From Deferribacterales bacterium (GTDB lineage: Bacteria; Chrysiogenota; Deferribacteres; Deferribacterales; Geovibrionaceae), in NCBI GenBank assembly GCA_050251875.1, contig JBFWMA010000003.1, positions 290,738-354,737 on the forward strand: a stretch of 64,000 bases of DNA, in the 5' to 3' direction. Below the pieces are notes generated by a model. That model was not told the DNA's origin and did no database searches. It saw only the letters and a program-made list of their open reading frames with translations. This document shows positions 9,991 through 18,279 of this stretch, one piece after another (the stretch's first letter is position 1; the number at the start of each line of letters is the position of its first letter). The translations under genes were made by a program, and so were the position numbers.

Positions 9991-10403
9991 TATTTTACTG
10001 ATTTTGTAAACGGGAACACCTTGGTGAATCCGAGTATGTCTGTAGCCAGAAGCACAAGGAACACAAGCACTGCCGCACCGACAACAACACCAAGTCCGCT
10101 TCCGCCGGCGGGAGCGTTTTTCAGATCATCGGCGAAGGCCACTGCCTCTGCGTCAGACATATTCTGCGCTCTGGACATGGCTTCGTCAGGAGCGATGCCC
10201 ATATCCACGAGCTGGCTTTTTACATCCTCTCTGGAAAGAAACGCGCTGATGTCCGCTCTGGCGCTTTCTGCCTGAGCCGACTGAACCATGGACTGTGTGC
10301 CGATCATTTTAGCGTGGGCTAGGTTTGCCGGACCTGTGATGAAGATCATTGCCATTATCAGTAGCAGGCTGATAACGGGAGATGTCATTCTCATTTGTCT
10401 CAT
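9990..10403 (-). CDS. PA2779-family exported small protein
   Basis: Signal peptide (AHA-KMIGT), L.REDV..QL..MG...A..R...SD.E, C-terminal hydrophobic tail; AAGGAG RBS before ATG 10403; TAATG-coupled to the peptidase. Confidence 0.8.
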   Translation of the reverse strand: MRQMRMTSPVISLLLIMAMIFITGPANLAHAKMIGTQSMVQSAQAESARADISAFLSREDVKSQLVDMGIAPDEAMSRAQNMSDAEAVAFADDLKNAPAGGSGLGVVVGAAVLVFLVLLATDILGFTKVFPFTKSVK

Positions 10404-10636
10404 AGATGTCTCCTTGAAAGAATAATAGTTATTATATTCTTCACAGCTAAAACACGCCACATGAAAAAAGGTTAAAATTAACTTGTGTAATTTTTATGTG
10501 CTTGTGATGTGCAATGAAAGGTCTGGTTGTGTGCTTTCTGTGCTTTTGCACACATTCGGAGCGGTTATCAGGGGGTTATAGGTTTTTTCTGCATATTTTT
10601 CACATAATTCCTTATTTCTTAGCGATTTAGCCTAAG

Positions 10637-10663
10637 TTAAGCATAGGCGGAACCGACCGATCC
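10637..10663 (+). promoter_or_regulatory. Putative sigma-28 (FliA) promoter
   Basis: TTAAGCAT-N11-ACCGATCC versus consensus TAAAGTTT-N11-GCCGATAA. Confidence 0.4.
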
Positions 10664-10701
10664 GATAGACATACAGGATCTATCCGACATGGAGGACGGT
10701 T

Positions 10702-11106
10702 ATGAATGTATCATCTAACTACTCGGTCTCATACAGCTCGCTGAGCAGCGGCGGTATGAGCGTCAAAGGGCAATCAGGAGACTCACAGGATGAGTCCGCG
10801 TCCAAGTCCGCCTCAACATCAGCATCCACAGATACTGTCACTCTGTCGAGCTACAGCATCGGCGGAACCACAGTGACAAAATCCGAATTCGATCAGTATG
10901 ACACTGACGGAGACGGAGAGATCAGCGCCTCTGAGCTGGCGGCTTATGAAGACGATCAGGAGAGCGAAGACAGCTCCACAGTGACAACATCCACCGAAAC
11001 AGAGAGCGCCGAATCTCAGATAGTGGATCAGCTCACCATGAGCGGAAAGACCACCGAAGAGGCTCTTCTGGGCAGTCTGGGGTCGAATGTAAACACCTAT
11101 GCCTGA
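10702..11106 (+). CDS. Small Ser/Thr/acidic EF-hand protein (paralogue 1)
   Basis: EF-hand loop DTDGDGEISASE; GGAGG RBS; C-terminus LGSNVNTYA. Confidence 0.8.
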   Translation: MNVSSNYSVSYSSLSSGGMSVKGQSGDSQDESASKSASTSASTDTVTLSSYSIGGTTVTKSEFDQYDTDGDGEISASELAAYEDDQESEDSSTVTTSTETESAESQIVDQLTMSGKTTEEALLGSLGSNVNTYA

Positions 11107-11118
11107 GTCTGTGAGTGA

Positions 11119-11150
11119 GCGCGGGCGGAGTTTGTCCCCCGCGCATTTAT
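11119..11150 (+). terminator. Hairpin/intrinsic terminator after EF-hand gene 1
   Basis: GCGCGGG...CCCGCGC stem followed by ATTTAT. Confidence 0.55.
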
Positions 11151-11171
11151 CCGCCTAGGGCTATTTGTCTG

Positions 11172-11198
11172 TTAAGATTTCAAGAGCTATGACGATGA
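11172..11198 (+). promoter_or_regulatory. Putative sigma-28 (FliA) promoter
   Basis: TTAAGATT-N11-GACGATGA, same spacing as the site before paralogue 1. Confidence 0.5.
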
Positions 11199-11237
11199 AA
11201 ATAATGTGCGGGCTAACTGTCCGTATGGAGGGTCGTC

Positions 11238-11600
11238 ATGGATATATCATCAAATTATTCATCTTACTCATCGCTGGCTGACGGTCAGATGAACGTCAGG
11301 GGACAGGACAAAAGCGCAGAGAGCAATCCTTCTGATAAATCCGCTCCGGAAGCGAAACCAAATAAAGAGAAAGAGAACACAGCCTATACCATCGCCGGCG
11401 ACAGAGTGTCCAAAGCGACCTATGATAGATATGACACCAACGGCGATGGAAAAGTAAATTCTGACGAAATAGAAGCCTATAAGGCTGACAAGTCCGGCGT
11501 GAAAACCGATGAGAGCGCTGAAAGCGCAGAGGAAACAGCCATGTACGCCGGGCAGAATACACAGGAAACCATCGGCGCTAATATCGATATATACGCCTGA
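11238..11600 (+). CDS. Small EF-hand protein (paralogue 2)
   Basis: EF-hand loop DTNGDGKVNSDE; N-terminus MDISSNYSSYSSL resembles paralogue 1; C-terminus IGANIDIYA. Confidence 0.8.
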   Translation: MDISSNYSSYSSLADGQMNVRGQDKSAESNPSDKSAPEAKPNKEKENTAYTIAGDRVSKATYDRYDTNGDGKVNSDEIEAYKADKSGVKTDESAESAEETAMYAGQNTQETIGANIDIYA

Positions 11601-11628
11601 CGGCTGTCCGGAGCGGTGCGCTCCGGGG

Positions 11629-13200
11629 TTATTTCATAGATATTTCCAGCTTCGGTTCTTTCACGGCGTGTCTTGACGTCATCATGTTTATAGATTCTGA
11701 CGGTATGCCGTATTTCTCAACCATATGCTTTTTCAGCGTTTCAAATCTGTCCGCAGATACCTTCATTCTGTCTTTATATCTCAGGCTGCTTTCCGGATAA
11801 CATGTGACTGTCAGAGACGCTTTTCCGGCCTTTGCGCTGATGGATTTTATCACGCTGTAGTCGGGGAACCCGCCTTCCGGCTCTGTGTTTTTAGGCTGAT
11901 AAATCAGCGGTGTGAAGAGCGGTTTGGAAATGACGGTGACCTTAGAGTCGAATTTATATTCCGAGCGGATATAGTTGGTGAGCATCTCTGTCTCCTGTTC
12001 TGTGCAGGGGGAGTCTTTTTTGATATAGAGGATGATATTGGCTGTTTTGCCGGATGTCAGGCTGATGTTGTAGCTCTCCAGAGGAAAGGGGCTTATGAGC
12101 TCGGACACTTTGTTTATCATCTCGTCTGTTTTGTCTCTGAATCGCATCGCCGTGGAGGACACAGTCTCCACAGGAGCGGGCGGAGCCGCCTTCTGGACGA
12201 TGGCGGGCTTGTTGTTCACTATGTCGTCTTTCAGTGCCACCTGTGTTACGGAGAGGTTGCTTTTGATGCCCAGGCGGTTTTCTATGGCGGATTTCAGGAG
12301 CATTATCTCCTGTTTTGCTATGGGTTTGCCGGATGCCACCGCCAGACTGATGTTCAGGTTGTGGTTGTCGTCCATGTCGTATGTCAGGCTGAATATGGTG
12401 GCGTTCTGGATCTCCGACACCGCCTGATTGATAACTCTGCGTATTTTCAGCATCTGTATGGACTGCTTGAGAGTGTATGACAGGGGCAGAGACACGGCGG
12501 CTATTATGAGTATGATGGTTACCAGTTTTCTTTTGATATAATTAAAATCTTTCAGGTTGTTGAAATATGTGAATCCGAAGAGTATGCCGCTGAGTGCCGT
12601 TGTGGCGACTATGGCGGTGAAGTTGGTGAAAAAGAGCAGGAAAGAGCCGATGGATATCTGCCAGTTTCCGGTGCCGATGCCGAATCCCACAACGCTGAGC
12701 GGAGGAATGATGGATGTGGCGATGGCGACACCTGTCAGTGTGCTGACGGAGTTTATCTTTTTCGACAGAAAGCTGACCGCCACCACCAGACCGGAGAATA
12801 CGGCGATGAAAAGGTCGTAGAGGTTCGGTTTTGTTCTCGCCAGAATCTGCCCTGTCAGGTCGTTCAAAGGCGACAGATATGACAGAAGGGCGGCTGAGGC
12901 GATGACATAGACAAGGCTTTTTCCGAGTGTCTGCAACGACTGTTTCATTAGCCGCTTTTCTGATGTGATATAAGCGAAACCGAAGCTGATAATGGGTCCC
13001 ATCAGGGGCGATATGAGCATGGCTCCGATGATGACCGCTATGCTGTCGGTGATGAGCCCGAAGAGCGCTATGAAGTTAGCCAGCAGCAGGAGGGTGGTGT
13101 ATGAACGTGTCATTTCCGACTGAGCGTAAAGATCTTCTATCAGGTGCGGGTCGCTGTCGATATTCAGATATCTCAGCAGTCGTTCGAATCGGTTCATCAC
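11629..13200 (-). CDS. DUF389/TIGR00341 membrane protein with long C-terminal extension
   Basis: SIAVIIGAMLISPLMGPI, ARTKPNLYDL, GVAIATSIIPPL. Confidence 0.85.
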   Translation of the reverse strand: MMNRFERLLRYLNIDSDPHLIEDLYAQSEMTRSYTTLLLLANFIALFGLITDSIAVIIGAMLISPLMGPIISFGFAYITSEKRLMKQSLQTLGKSLVYVIASAALLSYLSPLNDLTGQILARTKPNLYDLFIAVFSGLVVAVSFLSKKINSVSTLTGVAIATSIIPPLSVVGFGIGTGNWQISIGSFLLFFTNFTAIVATTALSGILFGFTYFNNLKDFNYIKRKLVTIILIIAAVSLPLSYTLKQSIQMLKIRRVINQAVSEIQNATIFSLTYDMDDNHNLNISLAVASGKPIAKQEIMLLKSAIENRLGIKSNLSVTQVALKDDIVNNKPAIVQKAAPPAPVETVSSTAMRFRDKTDEMINKVSELISPFPLESYNISLTSGKTANIILYIKKDSPCTEQETEMLTNYIRSEYKFDSKVTVISKPLFTPLIYQPKNTEPEGGFPDYSVIKSISAKAGKASLTVTCYPESSLRYKDRMKVSADRFETLKKHMVEKYGIPSESINMMTSRHAVKEPKLEISMK

Positions 13201-13303
13201 AGACCTCCATTGTGCCGCATTTTGCTATACGCTGTAATTATATAACCTTTATTGCTAAGAAGAAACCGTTTGTGCTAATATAACAGAGCAGGCGGTATAT
13301 GTA

Positions 13304-15841
13304 ATGGATAAATTAACCAAATACTTTGATTTTTTGCCTTATCTTGTTTTTATTATATTTCTGGCATTCTCAGTATTTTTATACCATGAATCAAACGTAT
13401 CCCTGCGCAATGATATCAACAAAACACTCTCCCTTAATTCCAAAGATATGGTAAACGCTGTGGTCTCCCGCATGAGCACCTATGAACAGGTTCTCAGAGG
13501 CGGCGAGGGGCTTTATGTCGCCAACGACTATGAAGTCAGCAGAAGCATGTGGCAGAACTATATCTCCAGACTGAGGCTTCAGGATAAATTTCCCGGAATG
13601 CAGGCGGTGGGGTTCACGAAGATAGTCTGGAAGAAGGACGCCGCAGAACATATATACCGCATGAGGGCGTCCGGTATCAAGGATTATGAGATACATCCGG
13701 AGAACTACAACGAGAAGATGGTCGTGGTGAACAATATGTATCCGGAGACCATGGAAAATCTGCGTGTTCTCGGGTTCGATCTGCACAGCGAGCCTATCCG
13801 CGCCGCCATGCTGGATTATGCCGAAAAGAGCGGAAAGACCGCCCTGTCCGGAAGGATGATTCTGAAGCAGGAGACGAACGAAATAACTGCGCCGGCGGGT
13901 GTTCTGATGGCGCTTCCGATATACAGAAACGGACAGATATACGGCTTCATAGCCGCTCCGTTTCGTGTGAACAAGCTGATGGAAGGTATTTTCGGTCCTT
14001 CATACGAAGGGGTGGAGCTGAGGATATATGACGGCGTAAGGTCGGAAGACAACCTGATGTACAGCTCCCCAGGGGCGTCATCCGTTGTCAGCTCATACGA
14101 ATATACTGTGCCTGTGGATATATACGGGCGTGTGTGGCTGATGCAGTTCAGCGCCGGGGCTTCTTTCATGAAGCAGTTCGACTTCAACAAACCGCTGATG
14201 ATACTGATAGGCGGTCTGGTGACCGGCTCGCTCCTCTCCATGCTGGTCTTCATCGTTCTGAAAACCAGAACCAGAGCCTTCGAGATAGCCGAGCACATGG
14301 CGCAGAAGTTCAACGAGAGCGAAGACAGATACCGCAGAACATTCGAACAGGCGGCGGTGGGAATCGCCATGGCATCGCTTGACGGAAAAATAATCAAGAC
14401 CAACTCGTGTCTGACAGCCATTACCGGGTATTCTCAGAACGAGCTGAAAAATATGACATATCATAATCTGGCGCATAACCCCGATAACGAAGAATTTGAG
14501 AACATGGTGATAAGGCTGACAGAGCGCCGGATAGACACATACGACACGGAAAAGGTGGTGGCGAGAAAAGACGGAGCCATGATCTGGACGAATCTGACCG
14601 TGTCGGCGTTTTTCGACAGCAAGGGCACTCCTCTTTATCTGATCTGCATAGTGGAGGATATCACCCGGAGGAAAAAGGCTGAAGAGGCGCTGGTGGCGCT
14701 CAGTCTGCGTCAGGCGGCTATTCTGGATAACTCTCTGGTTGTCATAGCTCAGGTCAGGGGCAAGGTGATAGAGTGGGTCAACAACGCCGCCGAGAGCATG
14801 TTTGGCTATCCTGTGGATGAGCTGATAGGTAACTCTGTGCTGGTTGTCCATCCCAGCGAAGAGGATTATAATAATTTTCACAATTCTCTGGAGATGTCAG
14901 AGGAATATTACAGATTCGGATATGCCCGCAAACAGGTCAGACTGAGAAAGAAAGACGGCACTCTGATCTGGGCTGATCTGTCCGGAAAACGTATAGGCAA
15001 TGAGGACGATCCCGTGCATATATGGGTTCTGAACGATATAACAGAGAGGATAACCGCAGAGGAACAGCTGAAAGAGCTGAACTCCAATCTGGAGAATAAA
15101 ATAAGCGAAGAGAGCGACCTGAGGATTGAGCAGGAGAGGCTCCTTATGCAGCAGAGCAGGCTAGCCGCCATGGGGGAGATGATAGGCGCTATAGCCCACC
15201 AGTGGCGTCAGCCCCTGAACATTATGGCTCTGATGATCCAGAACATCACTGATGACTTTAAGGATAAAAAACTCAACGATGCCGACATGGAGCTTTTTCA
15301 GCAGAGAAGTCTGGAACAGCTCTATTACATGTCGTCCACCATAGACGATTTCAGAAACTTTTATAAATCGGATAAAGTGAGAACCAGCTTTTCTCCTCTG
15401 GCTCAGGTGGAAAACGTGATGAAGCTGATAACATCCCAGATGCTCGCCAAACAGATATCGCTGAATGTTCATAACAACGGTGACGGCGTTCTGAGCGGTG
15501 TGCCTAACGAGTTTTCTCAGGTAATACTTAACCTGGTGACTAACGCTAAAGACGCTATAAACGCCAGAAAGATAAAGAACGGCGTGATAGACATAACCAT
15601 CAGCAATGACGATCAGGACATCACCGTCTCGGTATCGGACAACGGCGGCGGAATAGCGGACGATATAGCGGAAAAGATATTCGACCCCTATTTCACGACA
15701 AAAGGTCCGGAGAAAGGAACGGGAATCGGTCTGTATATGAGCAAGCTGATTATCCATGAACACTTCAGAGGAACTCTGACATTCAGAAGCATAGAGGGCG
15801 GTGCGGAGTTTATTCTGAGAATCCCCAGAGCGGATGTTTAG
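13304..15841 (+). CDS. CHASE-PAS-PAS sensor histidine kinase
   Basis: TM-CHASE(FPGMQAVG, GFDL.SEP.R)-TM, two PAS/PAC, IAHQWRQPL H-box, DNGGG, GTGIGL. Confidence 0.92.
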   Translation: MDKLTKYFDFLPYLVFIIFLAFSVFLYHESNVSLRNDINKTLSLNSKDMVNAVVSRMSTYEQVLRGGEGLYVANDYEVSRSMWQNYISRLRLQDKFPGMQAVGFTKIVWKKDAAEHIYRMRASGIKDYEIHPENYNEKMVVVNNMYPETMENLRVLGFDLHSEPIRAAMLDYAEKSGKTALSGRMILKQETNEITAPAGVLMALPIYRNGQIYGFIAAPFRVNKLMEGIFGPSYEGVELRIYDGVRSEDNLMYSSPGASSVVSSYEYTVPVDIYGRVWLMQFSAGASFMKQFDFNKPLMILIGGLVTGSLLSMLVFIVLKTRTRAFEIAEHMAQKFNESEDRYRRTFEQAAVGIAMASLDGKIIKTNSCLTAITGYSQNELKNMTYHNLAHNPDNEEFENMVIRLTERRIDTYDTEKVVARKDGAMIWTNLTVSAFFDSKGTPLYLICIVEDITRRKKAEEALVALSLRQAAILDNSLVVIAQVRGKVIEWVNNAAESMFGYPVDELIGNSVLVVHPSEEDYNNFHNSLEMSEEYYRFGYARKQVRLRKKDGTLIWADLSGKRIGNEDDPVHIWVLNDITERITAEEQLKELNSNLENKISEESDLRIEQERLLMQQSRLAAMGEMIGAIAHQWRQPLNIMALMIQNITDDFKDKKLNDADMELFQQRSLEQLYYMSSTIDDFRNFYKSDKVRTSFSPLAQVENVMKLITSQMLAKQISLNVHNNGDGVLSGVPNEFSQVILNLVTNAKDAINARKIKNGVIDITISNDDQDITVSVSDNGGGIADDIAEKIFDPYFTTKGPEKGTGIGLYMSKLIIHEHFRGTLTFRSIEGGAEFILRIPRADV

Positions 15842-17304
15842 TCGGCGAAATATCTTTCGGTGAAAGTACAGCTCTTTGGTTCCAGCCATGAAGGGAAGCT
15901 GTAGTATTTTTCCCTGATCTCTTTCAGATATTCATCTCTGTATTCGTCATATCTGAATCCGTGTCCCAGAACCATGCTCATCTGAGCCCCCAGAACATCA
16001 AATTTTTTCACGTCAGTCTTTTCAAAAAATCTGAAAATATCTTCATCAGGTTCGCCCACGAAGATGACTGCGGCGTCTTTTCCGCTCACGTCACGGATAT
16101 CGAAATCGAAATCTTCCTGCCTGCCGTATTTCGATGTGCTGAACATCACATGGACGTCTTTCCCGCATATCACGCTCAGGGTGGACGAAAGGTTGTACTG
16201 GGTGGAGGCGAGGGTATATTCGTCCAGCTCACTCAGCTCTTTACATATCTGCTCCGGAGCGGAATAGGCGGCGATATACGGATAGATCTTCCGGTCTTTT
16301 AACAGTGTCACTGGCATCAGAAAAACAGCCGCCGCCAGAACGATATGCACGGCGGTAAAATAGAGGCTGTATCTGACGGACTTTATCAGGCTGTCCTGCC
16401 TCAGGCCGCCCGCCAGAATGAACACATAGGGAACAAATATCAGAAACCAGTGGAGACCTATGCCTTTCTTAAGAGACAGAAGCAGATAGAAAACCACAGG
16501 CACGATGAACATGACAGACGGAAAGAATTTTCTGAGATTTTTCATCCTCAGATCTCTGAGCATGTACCAAATCAGCCATGGTGTTGTTATATATAAAAAT
16601 TTCAGCAGAAACCCCAGATAGTTAGCCGCTATGTCCGGTTTTTTTGCCGTCCTGTTTATTACGTTGAACATGATGTTGTTCCAGCAGTGGGTGTAGTTAT
16701 AGTACATGTTCTGGGTGAAGAAGAGCGATATCATCAGAGAGAACAGAACAAGGTGGGTCAGCTTTCTCCTGTGTGAGGACATGAGAGCATAGAGAGCCAG
16801 AGCCAGATAAACGGGAAACGCCAGATATTTCGACATAAAGGCGAATCCGAATACTATTCCGGCGAGAAGAGTCATCAGCAGACTGTTTCTCTTCAGCGCC
16901 AGATAAAACATCAGCGAAGCTGTGAGGCAGAAGACGAAAAGCAGTATATCGTTGGAGAAAGGGAGTATCAGCAGATGAACCGGAGACAGCAGATAGAGAT
17001 ATGCCGCCAGTTCGGCGTTTTTCGGATAAAATTCCCTGCCCGCCAGATATATCAGCCATCCGGCGAAAACACCGATGGCTATGACAACCAAACGGTAAAA
17101 GACGTATGAGGGATAGATATGCGACAGCAGATAGATGACCCAGCCTGTCATGGGGGTGTGGTCGTAATAACCGGGCGCAAGTGTCCTGCCCCATGTGATG
17201 AAATATGCCTCGTCTCCGGTGAGAGGCAGGGCATATGCGGCGAAGATTTTAAAAAATATAACGGCTATAGATAGATAAAAGAACCGTCTGCTTGCGTTTT
17301 CCAT
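15838..17304 (-). CDS. ArnT/PMT-family (GT-C) membrane glycosyltransferase
   Basis: DEAYFITWG..L..GYYDH.P, LAG...G.AFMSKY, multiple TMs. Confidence 0.85.
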   Translation of the reverse strand: MENASRRFFYLSIAVIFFKIFAAYALPLTGDEAYFITWGRTLAPGYYDHTPMTGWVIYLLSHIYPSYVFYRLVVIAIGVFAGWLIYLAGREFYPKNAELAAYLYLLSPVHLLILPFSNDILLFVFCLTASLMFYLALKRNSLLMTLLAGIVFGFAFMSKYLAFPVYLALALYALMSSHRRKLTHLVLFSLMISLFFTQNMYYNYTHCWNNIMFNVINRTAKKPDIAANYLGFLLKFLYITTPWLIWYMLRDLRMKNLRKFFPSVMFIVPVVFYLLLSLKKGIGLHWFLIFVPYVFILAGGLRQDSLIKSVRYSLYFTAVHIVLAAAVFLMPVTLLKDRKIYPYIAAYSAPEQICKELSELDEYTLASTQYNLSSTLSVICGKDVHVMFSTSKYGRQEDFDFDIRDVSGKDAAVIFVGEPDEDIFRFFEKTDVKKFDVLGAQMSMVLGHGFRYDEYRDEYLKEIREKYYSFPSWLEPKSCTFTERYFAD

Positions 17305-17442
17305 ATTTCCTCACGCATATCAGCTATACGCTATAATACCTTTTATAGACATGTCCGCAAGATAATTGTTCTTTTAAAACATCCCTATTTCTTTTTATAA
17401 AAAAAAGGTATATGACAGCCTCACTAACTTTTCGGAGAATAT

Positions 17443-18279
17443 ATGCGTAAAATTGTCATCGCTTTGATAATGATGTTTTCTGCCTTCTCAGCCTTTGCCG
17501 CCGCAAACACAAAACAGACGGCAAAACCCGCTCCGCAGACCGCCGCCGCTCAGGCGGATCTGGTTCCCATGCCTTCCCGGGCGAAGAGCTATGAGAGATA
17601 CACCGAGATGTACGGTATCTATAACGGCAGCAGAATAGCGAAAGTTGTCATGCTGGGTGATTCCATTACTCAGGGCGCATACTGGAACGAGCTGATGCAC
17701 AGAGGCGATATAGTAAACAGAGGCATCCCCGGAGACACCACGGTGGGTATGCTGGACAGGCTGGATTCCGTGGCGGGACCATCTGTGGAGCATGTTTTTG
17801 TTCTGGCGGGGATAAACGACATAGCCCAGCACTATACCACTGAGGCGATCTATGACAGATATGTCAGGATAGTGGATTTTCTGAAAAGAAGCGGTATCAC
17901 TCCCCACATTCAGTCCACACTTTATCTGAGCAATAAGAACCCTAACTATGCCGTGGTGAACAAACAGGTGGTGGAGCTGAACACCATGCTGAAGAGCTAT
18001 GCGGCAAAAAACAGCATAGATTATATCGATCTGAACTTTCTGCTGTCGAAAGGCGGTGTAATGATAAGCGATTATTCATATGACGGAACACACCTGAACT
18101 CGAAAGGCTATCTGATATGGCGCTCAGCGCTGGCTAAATATCTGGCTCCTCAGTTCGATGTTCCGGTGGAAACATCAGAGGAAATGCCAGCCCAGACTCA
18201 GGATCAGACAGATCAGGTGTCCGGGCAGCCGGCTTCTGACAGTGCGGAGACCGCTCCTGCCGCAGAACCCGTGAACTAG
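17443..18279 (+). CDS. Exported SGNH/GDSL hydrolase
   Basis: Signal peptide, GDSIT, NRGIPGD, GIND, DGTH. Confidence 0.9.
   Translation: MRKIVIALIMMFSAFSAFAAANTKQTAKPAPQTAAAQADLVPMPSRAKSYERYTEMYGIYNGSRIAKVVMLGDSITQGAYWNELMHRGDIVNRGIPGDTTVGMLDRLDSVAGPSVEHVFVLAGINDIAQHYTTEAIYDRYVRIVDFLKRSGITPHIQSTLYLSNKNPNYAVVNKQVVELNTMLKSYAAKNSIDYIDLNFLLSKGGVMISDYSYDGTHLNSKGYLIWRSALAKYLAPQFDVPVETSEEMPAQTQDQTDQVSGQPASDSAETAPAAEPVN

Noticed and set aside
10445..10459. Sigma-54-like TGGCGTGTTTTAGC upstream of the PA2779 gene
   Set aside because: GG-to-GC spacing is 9 nt rather than the required 10.
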